64,000 bases of DNA from Patescibacteria group bacterium (GTDB taxonomy: Bacteria; Patescibacteriota; Minisyncoccia; Phycocordibacterales; PALSA-1337). A program made the translations under genes and the position numbers. A model generated the notes under the pieces. It made no database searches, was not told the DNA's origin, and worked only from the letters and a program-made list of their open reading frames with translations. This document shows positions 9,141 to 18,211 of this stretch, in pieces. The stretch lies in contig JBBTRB010000003.1 in the NCBI GenBank assembly GCA_038065395.1, positions 19,851-83,850 on the forward strand, read 5' to 3'. The stretch's first letter is position 1. Every line of letters begins with the position of its first letter.

Positions 9141-11111
9141 CTATGGGTTTACATTCTCATCCCTCTCTCGATAGGCAGGATCGGTACTAAAGCGAGTGGT
9201 GATAGAGTCATGAGTACTTTCGAGCATACTCCCGGTAAAGTCGTCTATTGCCGTCAGCCGAGACTGATCTACGAGTATCGGCGCCTGCCCTACCAAGTTG
9301 ACCCCCGGCTCAAGAGAAACTTGGAATGCAACCTCTTTCCTCTGCTGTGAACCTGTCGTACCCGCTGGGATGTTACCTACGTCCCAGGTTATGGTGCCCT
9401 TGTTGCTGTCATAGGTGACACTCTCCGACGCGGGCGCTATCTGCCCCATCCATTTTATATATGCAGGTACAGACGCGGTGACTTGTGCATTATGAACGGC
9501 ATTGAAACCACTGTTGATAGTCCATAGTACGGTATAGGTCGTCTCTTGTTCGGCACGTGGAGGTATCGGGCCCGTGTTCGTGAATGGTCCGACTGTACGC
9601 AACGACCGTCCCGACAAACTCACATCAGAAGCGACTTTGATATTCTTGATCGCGGTAGACGTGAGCTTTTCTGGTACACGAGATTCTTGATTGCGGTTAC
9701 CCGAAATATCGACATGCACCGACACGATCGGGTTGGTGAGTGATGTCGCCTTGCTATTGGTCGGGGTTATGGAGAAAGACACCTTGCCACTATCACCAGC
9801 CGAGACCGATCCGAGCTCGGGTACTGAGATCTGATTCCAGACGATCTCGTTGTCGGCAGAACGATACGTACCGAGATCCGGCTGGATCGCAGTCTTGTCA
9901 TACGCATTCCCCGAGAGTCGTGCAGTGATGTTCATGTTGGATATAGGCACCGAGAGGTTGTTGAACCATGCGACCTCGACGCGCGTCGACTCACCGAAAC
10001 GTGCCACGTAATCTTCTTGGGCTTCGTTATTATTGACATACACTTCTACAGAAACGAACGGCTTTTGGATGGAGAGTTCTCGCTCGACACTGGCGTATTC
10101 AGTACCAATATCCTCTGGGTTACGAGAATGTTGTGCTCCAACGCGGAACCGGAAGACGCGCACATCTGTATTCTCTCCTTGGACGACACCTCGTATGGTG
10201 ATGGTGCGTTTCTGGCCAGGAGGTATGTCACCGATCCTCCAGGTATCCTGATCGAATGCCACCTTGGGATCAGATGACAAGAATTGGAATCCGAATGGAT
10301 ACTCCGCCTTGAGCACTACGTTTTTCAAAATTTCGGCAGAATTGGAGGTGACGTCTATATCAAAATCAAACTCCTGACCCGAAGTCACCTCAGTGAAAGA
10401 AGATACATTGAGCCCGATCGGTGACGAACTGATGAGTACGTCGTAGCTGCGTGTCTTGGTGAATACTGCAGAAGACCCTTTGACCGAATACGTGACGATC
10501 ACTTCGATCTGTTTTTGTAGATTCTCTTCACCGAATATCACTGCTTCGACGGTCTTATCGAGAGAGCGACCAGCGGGTATGTCACCGAGGAGTTCTTTGA
10601 AGATCTTGAGTTCTTTGGAAGTATCTTTGGGGTCGATCGTTCCATCAGGAAATGCTACTGCCAGATCCACAACCTGCAGGTCGACGTTGTTCTTGTTGGC
10701 AACCTTGATATCGAACTTGATGGGCTCCCCTCCTGAGACAGATACCGGACCGTTGATGACGATGTCGATATTGTCGGCAGAGATGAGGTTGGCCCCTTGG
10801 AAGAAAAGAAGTGCTCCGACACCGACCGCGATCGCGCAGAAGAGTGCAGATGCAATGAGTAGTTTGGTGAGAAATGACATAGGGATTTTCTCTTTGTAGG
10901 TTTCGTTAAGCTCGACAGGTTCGGACGGTGTCTCTACAGGACGTTCCCATGCAGTCGGCACCTCGGACGTCTTGTCAGAGAATCGTAGCTTGCGTCGCGT
11001 ACGCACATCAGGAGCCGATCGCGAATACAGCGACTTTTTGAGTTCTTCAATACGACCTTCATCCTCAGAGGGCATTGACTCAATTGTATAGTAAAAAGAG
11101 AAACCCGCCAA
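9141..11111 (-). CDS. large membrane-anchored extracellular protein (beta-rich, CARDB/DUF11-like repeats suspected)
   Basis: 656 aa with a single TM near residue 90 followed by a long Val/Thr/Asn-rich ectodomain. Confidence 0.55.
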   Translation of the reverse strand: MAGFSFYYTIESMPSEDEGRIEELKKSLYSRSAPDVRTRRKLRFSDKTSEVPTAWERPVETPSEPVELNETYKEKIPMSFLTKLLIASALFCAIAVGVGALLFFQGANLISADNIDIVINGPVSVSGGEPIKFDIKVANKNNVDLQVVDLAVAFPDGTIDPKDTSKELKIFKELLGDIPAGRSLDKTVEAVIFGEENLQKQIEVIVTYSVKGSSAVFTKTRSYDVLISSSPIGLNVSSFTEVTSGQEFDFDIDVTSNSAEILKNVVLKAEYPFGFQFLSSDPKVAFDQDTWRIGDIPPGQKRTITIRGVVQGENTDVRVFRFRVGAQHSRNPEDIGTEYASVERELSIQKPFVSVEVYVNNNEAQEDYVARFGESTRVEVAWFNNLSVPISNMNITARLSGNAYDKTAIQPDLGTYRSADNEIVWNQISVPELGSVSAGDSGKVSFSITPTNSKATSLTNPIVSVHVDISGNRNQESRVPEKLTSTAIKNIKVASDVSLSGRSLRTVGPFTNTGPIPPRAEQETTYTVLWTINSGFNAVHNAQVTASVPAYIKWMGQIAPASESVTYDSNKGTITWDVGNIPAGTTGSQQRKEVAFQVSLEPGVNLVGQAPILVDQSRLTAIDDFTGSMLESTHDSITTRFSTDPAYRERDENVNP

Positions 11112-11149
11112 CGAACAGTGGGTTTCCTGTTCGGGCGGGTAATGTCGAA

Positions 11150-11455
11150 TTATTCTGCCAGAGGCGAATGGAGCTCAAGCTCCAGCCCCTTACCAGTGAA
11201 GGCGGATAAGACGATGTTGCGGATTGAGTCATGAACACCCCCTCCTGGTTGAAGTAAGCTGAATTTTTTCAGCTCGTCTTCGTTGCTTCCAAACTTTTTG
11301 TAATCAGGATCTCTCTGACAAATCTGAACCAGATCGCTGACCTGAGTCACACCTGGAATTCCACAAGATTCCCAGAGGTGCTTGATTGACATCATCGTCA
11401 CCGTTACCAATTGCTCTGGTTCTTCAGCGCCATTTTTGAGTTTAACTGTTTTCAC
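11150..11455 (-). CDS. hypothetical protein
   Basis: 101 aa ORF with no recognisable motif. Confidence 0.35.
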   Translation of the reverse strand: MKTVKLKNGAEEPEQLVTVTMMSIKHLWESCGIPGVTQVSDLVQICQRDPDYKKFGSNEDELKKFSLLQPGGGVHDSIRNIVLSAFTGKGLELELHSPLAE

Positions 11456-11543
11456 GAAACAATCCTTTTGTTTGATTTTTCTCGGGTGATCCGAGTACTA
11501 TGGTTTCGGTATATATAGTAGCATATATAGTTACTTATGTCAA

Positions 11544-12218
11544 CTACAACTGTGACGCCTGCAAGGAAGCATTGATGATACCGTTCACTTGCACCCGTAT
11601 TGGTGAAAAAGTAGAGAGCAACTCGGCCGAGAGATCGTAGGACATGACGAATGGCTTGGTGACTTCATGGTCACCGATATAGCCGAGCAGGTTCAGGATA
11701 CGGAGCGCAGTGAGAGACTCGAGTTCCGGCAATTTCTCAGCGGGCATATGGCCACTTATTCCGACTGTTGACTCTAGACAGTCAAAAAGTTCTGGATGGG
11801 GATCTTCACCTTGCAGGAGGCGCTTGAGTAACGTGGACATACGGACGAGGAGTTGTGCGTGTATTTTTCTACTGTTTTTTAGTTTGTCATTCCCATGAAA
11901 ATGGGAATCCAGGATATCACCATGTCTTGTGAGCAGATCCTGGATTCCCGCTTGCGCCTCCGCTGCGCTTTGGCTTGCGGGAATGACAGACTGCTGCGCA
12001 CTCGTGAGCCTCCACACTTCTTTGCCCCTGACCAAAGAGAAAATACCGAGTGAATAGTCACTGGTATGGTAGCGGAGTTTCGACTTCTCGAGACGGATGC
12101 CTTGCGCGGCGACCGAGACGAGGCCAAGGTCACGCGTGAAGATCGACAACATCTTCCCTGCTTCGCCGTAGGGGCGTGAACCGATCACAAATCCAGGTGT
12201 AGTATGGATGCTGTACAT
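11544..12218 (-). CDS. recO: DNA repair protein RecO (short form) carrying an in-frame repeat insertion
   Basis: N-term GFVIGSRPYGEAGKMLSIFTRDLGLVSVAAQGIRLEKSKLR matches the RecO OB-fold. Codons 78-111 are encoded by the palindromic repeat. Confidence 0.7.
   Translation of the reverse strand: MYSIHTTPGFVIGSRPYGEAGKMLSIFTRDLGLVSVAAQGIRLEKSKLRYHTSDYSLGIFSLVRGKEVWRLTSAQQSVIPASQSAAEAQAGIQDLLTRHGDILDSHFHGNDKLKNSRKIHAQLLVRMSTLLKRLLQGEDPHPELFDCLESTVGISGHMPAEKLPELESLTALRILNLLGYIGDHEVTKPFVMSYDLSAELLSTFSPIRVQVNGIINASLQASQL
11886..11987. repeat. RPE-like palindromic repeat element (copy 2) inserted in-frame in recO
   Basis: 102 bp (34 codons) beginning on a codon boundary. Arms gtcattcccatgaaaatgggaatccaggat / atcctggattcccgc...gcgggaatgac. 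Encodes VIPASQSAAEAQAGIQDLLTRHGDILDSHFHGND. Confidence 0.8.
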
Positions 12219-12224
12219 CGTCTT

Positions 12225-15200
12225 TTATATTCTCACCGAGAACACTTCACCGTATTCTATAGCCGACAGTCCTGTTGTCTTCTTGATCTCCTGTTCGTAT
12301 TTCATAGCAAGAGGTCGCGCTTCTTCGGTGAGTGTAAGAATCGCCACATCATTCACAGAGAGATTTTTCTCTTTGCGAGCATCTTGGATCTTACGGATGA
12401 GTTCACGGAGATCTCCTTCTTCTTTCAAACTCGGAGTGATAGTGATATCGAGCTCGACATCCTGTGCGATCGAAGTGTCTGTTTTGACTTCTTTGACATT
12501 AACCTCGTCCTTCACAAGTTCGACGAGTTCTGGGGTCAACGATATTTCCTTCCTGACTTTGAGTGTCTGTAGTGGCTGACGAACATTGATCTTGGATTTC
12601 ATACGAGCTTCGAGACCGCGTGAGGCGAGATCACGTACGGTTTGCATATCGGTGATGAGGTTCTTATCGACTATTCCTGCTACTGGCCACTGCTCCAGAT
12701 GCACACTCTCCTTGTCACCTCCTACTTCCTGGTAGAGATACTCTGCGAAGAACGGCGTGAATGGCGCCATGACTTTCGCAAGTGTCACGAGAACATAGTG
12801 AGTCGTCTCCAGTGCATGTCGTGCATCTTCGCCACCATCTTTGAATCGGTCACGTGAACGACGCACATACCACTGTGACAAGTCGGCAATGAAGTCACGT
12901 ATCGCGCGTGTAGGTTCAAGTAACACGTACGCATCCAGACCTGTGGTCACATGCCCCACCAGTTCATCGAGCTTGGAAACAATCCATTTATCTAGCACGT
13001 GCGATGAATTGTTCAATTGTTCCTTTGTTGAATTGTTCCTTGTCCCTTCGTACATCTTATAAAACGTCGTGACATTCGTAACCAAGTTGAACACTTTTTT
13101 GATGATCTCATCGACGGTCTTCTGGTCGAAGTTCTTTGACTCGCCAGGTTGGTTGACCGAGTACATCCAGAAGCGCAATGCATCTGCACCATAGAGATCC
13201 ATCATGTCCCATGGGTTGACCACGTTGCCGATGGATTTGCTCATCTTCTTACCCTCAGCGTCGAGGATATGCCCGAGACAGATGACATTCTTGAATGCCT
13301 TGCCTTTGCCCATGAGTGCACCGATCGCATGGAGCGTATAGAACCACCCACGTGTCTGATCGATGGCTTCGGAGATAAAATCTGCAGGATAGTTGGTGGC
13401 TTTCTTGATCCCCAACAGCTTGCCGTCGATACGATCCTTATTCTCAAAAGGATAATGATCCTGTGCAAAAGGCATCGCCCCCGAGTCGAACCATACGTCC
13501 ATGACTTCTTTGACACGCTTCATCGGAGAACCGCATGAACATGTGAGCGTGACTTCATCTATATACGGACGATGAAGATCGAGTTCGTATTCATGGTTAT
13601 GAGGGAGGATGGAGAAATCCAAGACATGGAACTGTGCATTGTGTATAAAATCCACATCTTTGCGCATGTGCATGGACTCAGATCTATTCCAACCCTTGGC
13701 CGCAGCGAACAAGAGGAATGCGGGCGTCTCATGAGTGACGATCAGGATCTTCTTGCCTTCATGAGTACGTTCCATATCGTACAAAAAGTCACCCATGCGT
13801 TTCTTGATATCGGCGAATGTCTCACCTCCTTCGGGTGCCTGGGTAAATCGGTCGTGACCCTTAAAACCTTTCACAAAATCAGAAACACTCGTCCCATCTG
13901 CAGAACCAGTACCGAGTTCACGGAGACGCTCATCTGTATGCATCGCGCCCTTATCGAGACCCCACGTACTGCGAAGTATTTCTGCGCTTTCTTGCGTACG
14001 CACGAATGGTGACACATATATCATATCGAACTTTTCTTTCTTGAGAGCTTCAGCGGCCACAGTGACCTGAGTCTTTCCTTTCTCTGTGAGATGATGCGGA
14101 ACATCTGCCTTACCAGAAAGGATCGCCTTCACGTTATTCTCTGCCTCTCCATGTCGCATGACATAGTAGGTATTCTTGGGCTTCTGCGCGATCTCTGCCA
14201 CAGATCCTACGACCTGCCTTTTGTCACATCCAGTACATGCCCACACAGGCAGAGGCGTACCCCAATACCGTTCGCGTGAGATCGCCCAGTCTTTGACTTC
14301 TCGGAGCCATTCACCGAACCGACCCTGTCCGATATGAGCAGGTTCCCAAGCAATCTCTGTGTTCTCTGTGACGAGCTTGTCACGGAGCTCGGACATACGG
14401 ATATACCACGAGTCACGCGCAAAATAGATAAGCGGTGTTTTGCAACGCCAACAATGTGGGTAGGTATGCTCGTGTTTCTCTTTATGGAAAAGGAGGCTGC
14501 CCTCTGGGCGGAGCGCCAAGTTCTTGATGATCTCCACGGCAACTTCTTCGCTCTTCACAAACTTACCTGCAAGAAAACCAGCCTCAGACTTGAATGTGCC
14601 GTCATCGTTAACCAGATGATATTTTGGTAAGCCCACCTTTGTGCCAAGCTCAAAGTCGTCTTGGCCATACATCGGCGCGATATGGACGATGCCTGTACCA
14701 TCTTCAGTTGTAACAAAGTCCCCCGCGTATACCTTGAAGGCATTACTGAGCTTGTCTTTCTCTGTGCCGGTCACTCCGTCTTTCAAGAATGGATACAGTG
14801 GTTCATATTCGAGACCAACGAGGTCAGAGCCTTTGAATTCTTTTTCAATTTGATAGGATTCTTTGATCAAACTGAGACGAGTTTTTGCAAGGATGACTCG
14901 GGCGTCCGCGGTCTGATCCTGGATTCCCGTTTTCACGGGAATGACAATCTGGACATACTCAACATCGTTCCCTACCGCCAATCCGACGTTGCCCGGAAGA
15001 GTCCACGGAGTCGTCGTCCATGCCAAAAGAAATGTATTCTTGAATCTTGGATCCTGAATCTTGAACTTAACGTAAACCGACAAGTCTTTGACTGTCTCAT
15101 ACCCCTGCGCGAGTTCATGCGACGAGAGCCCGGTACCGCAGCGCGGACACCATGGTACGACTTTGTAATCCTTATAGAGGAGTTTCTTCTGTTCAACTGT

Positions 15201-15707
15201 CTTGACGATATTCCACAACGACTCGATATAGTTCGGCCTGTAGGTCACGTAGGGATCCTTGAGGTCGACCCAGTACCCCATGCGGTCAGTGAACTTCTCC
15301 CATTCACCGACATATCTCCAGACACTCTCTTTGCATTTCTCATTGAACTTTTCTATGCCGTAGACTTCGATCTCTTTTTTCGACTTGAGTCCGAGCTCTT
15401 TCTCGACTTGGAGTTCCACAGGTAGACCGTGAGTGTCCCAGCCTCCCTTACGACGAACATGGAAGCCCTGCATGGTTTTGTAACGAGGGATAGCGTCCTT
15501 GAAAGCACGAGCCTCGAGGTGGTGGATACCGGGCATGCCGTTGGCTGTCGGAGGTCCTTCGAAGAAGGTGAACTCTCCTTGTGGCGCGTCTTTGTTCAGA
15601 GTCTTGGCGAAGATCCCCTTCTCCTTCCAGGACGCAAGGATACGCTCCTCACGTTCAGCATGAGTGCTTTTGGTATTCTTCTTTTCTGGGGTAACAGGTT
15701 CAGACAT
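12225..15707 (-). CDS. ileS: isoleucine--tRNA ligase with an inserted histidine-phosphatase (PGAM-like) domain
   Basis: 1160 aa with KMSKS, WCPRCGT, TTPWTLP editing and DLHRPYIDE motifs. An extra ~200 aa between the Zn knuckle and DLHRP carries YVMRHGEAENN and SPFVRTQESAEIL. Confidence 0.95.
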   Translation of the reverse strand: MSEPVTPEKKNTKSTHAEREERILASWKEKGIFAKTLNKDAPQGEFTFFEGPPTANGMPGIHHLEARAFKDAIPRYKTMQGFHVRRKGGWDTHGLPVELQVEKELGLKSKKEIEVYGIEKFNEKCKESVWRYVGEWEKFTDRMGYWVDLKDPYVTYRPNYIESLWNIVKTVEQKKLLYKDYKVVPWCPRCGTGLSSHELAQGYETVKDLSVYVKFKIQDPRFKNTFLLAWTTTPWTLPGNVGLAVGNDVEYVQIVIPVKTGIQDQTADARVILAKTRLSLIKESYQIEKEFKGSDLVGLEYEPLYPFLKDGVTGTEKDKLSNAFKVYAGDFVTTEDGTGIVHIAPMYGQDDFELGTKVGLPKYHLVNDDGTFKSEAGFLAGKFVKSEEVAVEIIKNLALRPEGSLLFHKEKHEHTYPHCWRCKTPLIYFARDSWYIRMSELRDKLVTENTEIAWEPAHIGQGRFGEWLREVKDWAISRERYWGTPLPVWACTGCDKRQVVGSVAEIAQKPKNTYYVMRHGEAENNVKAILSGKADVPHHLTEKGKTQVTVAAEALKKEKFDMIYVSPFVRTQESAEILRSTWGLDKGAMHTDERLRELGTGSADGTSVSDFVKGFKGHDRFTQAPEGGETFADIKKRMGDFLYDMERTHEGKKILIVTHETPAFLLFAAAKGWNRSESMHMRKDVDFIHNAQFHVLDFSILPHNHEYELDLHRPYIDEVTLTCSCGSPMKRVKEVMDVWFDSGAMPFAQDHYPFENKDRIDGKLLGIKKATNYPADFISEAIDQTRGWFYTLHAIGALMGKGKAFKNVICLGHILDAEGKKMSKSIGNVVNPWDMMDLYGADALRFWMYSVNQPGESKNFDQKTVDEIIKKVFNLVTNVTTFYKMYEGTRNNSTKEQLNNSSHVLDKWIVSKLDELVGHVTTGLDAYVLLEPTRAIRDFIADLSQWYVRRSRDRFKDGGEDARHALETTHYVLVTLAKVMAPFTPFFAEYLYQEVGGDKESVHLEQWPVAGIVDKNLITDMQTVRDLASRGLEARMKSKINVRQPLQTLKVRKEISLTPELVELVKDEVNVKEVKTDTSIAQDVELDITITPSLKEEGDLRELIRKIQDARKEKNLSVNDVAILTLTEEARPLAMKYEQEIKKTTGLSAIEYGEVFSVRI
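14916..14945. repeat. solo arm of the RPE-like element inside ileS (in-frame)
   Basis: atcctggattcccgttttcacgggaatgac; on the coding strand it encodes VIPVKTGIQD (10 codons). Confidence 0.6.
15041..15065. repeat. 25-nt mini-repeat (CYTGAATCTTRRATCCTRWATCTTG family) inside ileS
   Basis: tgaatcttggatcctgaatcttgaa encodes KFKIQDPRF; similar to two copies in argS. Confidence 0.4.
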
Positions 15708-15758
15708 GGAGTAAAAGTAAAGCTATTTTAGCATATTGGCAAGTTCGAACCTCGCTCC

Positions 15759-17498
15759 TTACATCCTCTCAGGAATTTTGATACCGAGGATCCACAGACC
15801 ATTCCTCATCACCGTTAGAAACGCTTTGGTTACTGCGACGCGATATGCGGACAACGGTTCCTTTTCATCGACAATAACATTCGTGGCGTAGAAGGCATTG
15901 AATGCTCCTGCTAGTTGGATCAAATATCCTGCCACATGTTGCGGTGCATACTCGGCACGTGCACGAGCGATGATATCTGGAAAACGAACTATCAGTCTTT
16001 CGAGAGTACTGACTTGGATAGACGGCATGTCCTGAATCTTGAATCCTGTATCTTGAATCTGTTTTGCCTTCTCCAGAACCGCTCCCGCTCTCACTGCCGC
16101 ATACTGCAGATATGGACCCGAGTCTCCTTCGAATGATACCGACGTCGCAGAATCAAAGATCACGTCACTACCTACGGCTTGACGGAGGATCGTGTATTTG
16201 ATCGCACCGATCGCGATCTCATCACTTACTTTCTCAGCTTCTTCGGGACCAAATTCTCTACCCGAAATCTTTTCTGTTACCAGTTCCTTGATATCATCGA
16301 TCAGACTTTCTGCAGCAATGATATTGCCTTTGCGTGAAGACATTTTCCCTGAAGCAAAGCGCAACATGCCATGACTCATGTGTTTGGTCTTGTCCCCGAT
16401 CTTTGGATTGACCAACGAAAACACTTTCAGAAGTACTTTGAAATAATCACTCTGTTCATTGGCAGTGATGATCACTGACTCATCGAGATCTGGATACAAT
16501 TCGAACTTTTTGCTGTTGAGGCCGAGCTCTTTGGTCTCGTAGGTTGGTAGACCATTGGAAGTGATGAAGACGCGTGTATGCACTCCATAGTCTTCTCCTT
16601 TGAAAATAGTTGCACCCTCACTTTCTATGAATACTTTGCCGAGAAATTCTTTGACGATCTGTACACCCGCATCGGCGACTTCGCTTTCGAAGAAAAAGTT
16701 ATTAAACTTCGTACCGAGACGCGCATAGATCGTGTCAAAATATTCGAGACTCCACTTCCTCCCTTCTTCATACATCTTGTTGATTTCTGGATCAGACTTT
16801 TCGAAGATCTGTTTGTTGATCGCATGTATCTCCTTCTGTGCCACCGCATCGTCTTCGAAAGCATTCGAACCGATCACGTACATCTCACCGAGCCATTTCA
16901 CCTTCTCAGTAATTGTTGAACTCTCTTGAATCTTAAATCCTAAATCTTGCCTCTTGTTTTGTATTGCCCAAATCGTCTTCGCCACATGCAACCCCACATC
17001 ACCCTGGTAACAGGCACGGACAACCTCTGCACCTGATGACTGGACCAGACGTGAAATAGACTCGCCTACTGCGTTCGACATCAAGTGTCCAATATGAAAA
17101 ACCTTGAAAGGGTTTGGGTCGGTATACTCGACCATGACCTTTTTGCTTTTCGAATCAGTCGCCCACCCATATTCCCCGTCACCACTCGCGATCTCCACTA
17201 CCTTCCCCGCAAAGACAGCATCTTTTATCTTGAAGTTGACGAACCCGGGACCAGCGATAGTGATCTGCTCCACAAACTCGAGATCAGCCTTCTCAAGTTC
17301 TGCGACGATCTCTTCTGCCAAAGCACGCGGGCTGACTCCCTTCTTTTTTGCGTACGCCAATGCGACGTTGGTAGCATAGTCACCATGATCCAGGCTCTCT
17401 GGATATTCGAGACGAACTGAGGAAGGGTCCGTAGTAGCAAGGCCTACCCTTGCAAGCGCCGTAACGAGGGCGGCAGTGAGTTCTTGACGCATATTCAT
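15759..17498 (-). CDS. argS: arginine--tRNA ligase
   Basis: 579 aa with HIGHLMSNAVGES (HIGH) and MSSRKG (KMSK) class I motifs. Confidence 0.9.
   Translation of the reverse strand: MNMRQELTAALVTALARVGLATTDPSSVRLEYPESLDHGDYATNVALAYAKKKGVSPRALAEEIVAELEKADLEFVEQITIAGPGFVNFKIKDAVFAGKVVEIASGDGEYGWATDSKSKKVMVEYTDPNPFKVFHIGHLMSNAVGESISRLVQSSGAEVVRACYQGDVGLHVAKTIWAIQNKRQDLGFKIQESSTITEKVKWLGEMYVIGSNAFEDDAVAQKEIHAINKQIFEKSDPEINKMYEEGRKWSLEYFDTIYARLGTKFNNFFFESEVADAGVQIVKEFLGKVFIESEGATIFKGEDYGVHTRVFITSNGLPTYETKELGLNSKKFELYPDLDESVIITANEQSDYFKVLLKVFSLVNPKIGDKTKHMSHGMLRFASGKMSSRKGNIIAAESLIDDIKELVTEKISGREFGPEEAEKVSDEIAIGAIKYTILRQAVGSDVIFDSATSVSFEGDSGPYLQYAAVRAGAVLEKAKQIQDTGFKIQDMPSIQVSTLERLIVRFPDIIARARAEYAPQHVAGYLIQLAGAFNAFYATNVIVDEKEPLSAYRVAVTKAFLTVMRNGLWILGIKIPERM
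16029..16055. repeat. 27-nt mini-repeat copy inside argS
   Basis: Coding strand caagatacaggattcaagattcaggac encodes QDTGFKIQD. Confidence 0.4.
16931..16957. repeat. 27-nt mini-repeat copy inside argS
   Basis: Coding strand caagatttaggatttaagattcaagag encodes QDLGFKIQE; 22/27 nt identical to the 16029 copy. Confidence 0.4.
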
Positions 17499-17650
17499 GT
17501 GGTGATTGTAGCAGAAAAGATCAGTCCTCTGTTACTTGACGTAATTGACATATCATGTAATTATGCTACCGGATTGAACTCTCTTTTGTTTTCCAATTCT
17601 TTCACCACAATAGCCTTTAGGCTGAAACAAGAGAACTTACATAGGCATGA

Positions 17651-18160
17651 ATGAAGATAAAAGTCATCAAACTTGGAACAGAGTGTGAAGACAAGGCCAC
17701 CAAAACCAAAGGTCGTGTCACACACTGGATATGTGATATGGAATATCGCATCGACTATCTGTTCCAACCGCACGGAACAAGCCCAGAAGACGGACAACCG
17801 ATCAAGAAGTTGTATCTGGAAACAGCGCGACTGCAATTCGAAGGTGAACCTTACGAAGAAGTGGAAGTCCCCGTGGAGATCCTTGGTACCCAGGTCACCG
17901 ACAAGGCCAGTGGCTTTACTGGAATGGCGGTATCCTTCCTCAGATCCATCAATGGGTGTTTCCATGTGTTCATCCAGCCATCAACGATCGTAGAGAAAAC
18001 CGGATGCCCTGTCGCCAAAACAGACTTCGACTTGCGAGAATGTGAAGGTGCCATGATCACACAATTACAGACAGAAGAGCTGGAACGAAGCCGAGTCACA
18101 ACGCCTTCGCCGGAGCCCTCTGATCACGACCGATTCCGACTCCGGAATCCTCTGGACTAG
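17651..18160 (+). CDS. hypothetical protein
   Basis: 169 aa ORF with balanced composition, a promoter-like TTGACA...TAATTAT upstream, and a terminator directly downstream. Confidence 0.45.
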   Translation: MKIKVIKLGTECEDKATKTKGRVTHWICDMEYRIDYLFQPHGTSPEDGQPIKKLYLETARLQFEGEPYEEVEVPVEILGTQVTDKASGFTGMAVSFLRSINGCFHVFIQPSTIVEKTGCPVAKTDFDLRECEGAMITQLQTEELERSRVTTPSPEPSDHDRFRLRNPLD

Positions 18161-18185
18161 TCACCCGACATCTCCCCAACACAAA

Positions 18186-18211
18186 CCCCGATATCTGTCG
18201 GGGTGTTTTTT
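18186..18211 (+). terminator. intrinsic terminator
   Basis: ccccga-tatctg-tcgggg followed by TTTTTT. Confidence 0.55.

Noticed and set aside
14661-15425. 254-aa plus-strand ORF inside ileS
   Set aside because: It is antisense to a strongly supported 1160-aa IleRS, with low-complexity composition and no motif. It is an open antisense frame of a long gene.
17561-17965. 134-aa minus-strand ORF overlapping 17651-18160
   Set aside because: The plus-strand ORF has better composition, a promoter-like upstream sequence and a terminator directly after its stop.
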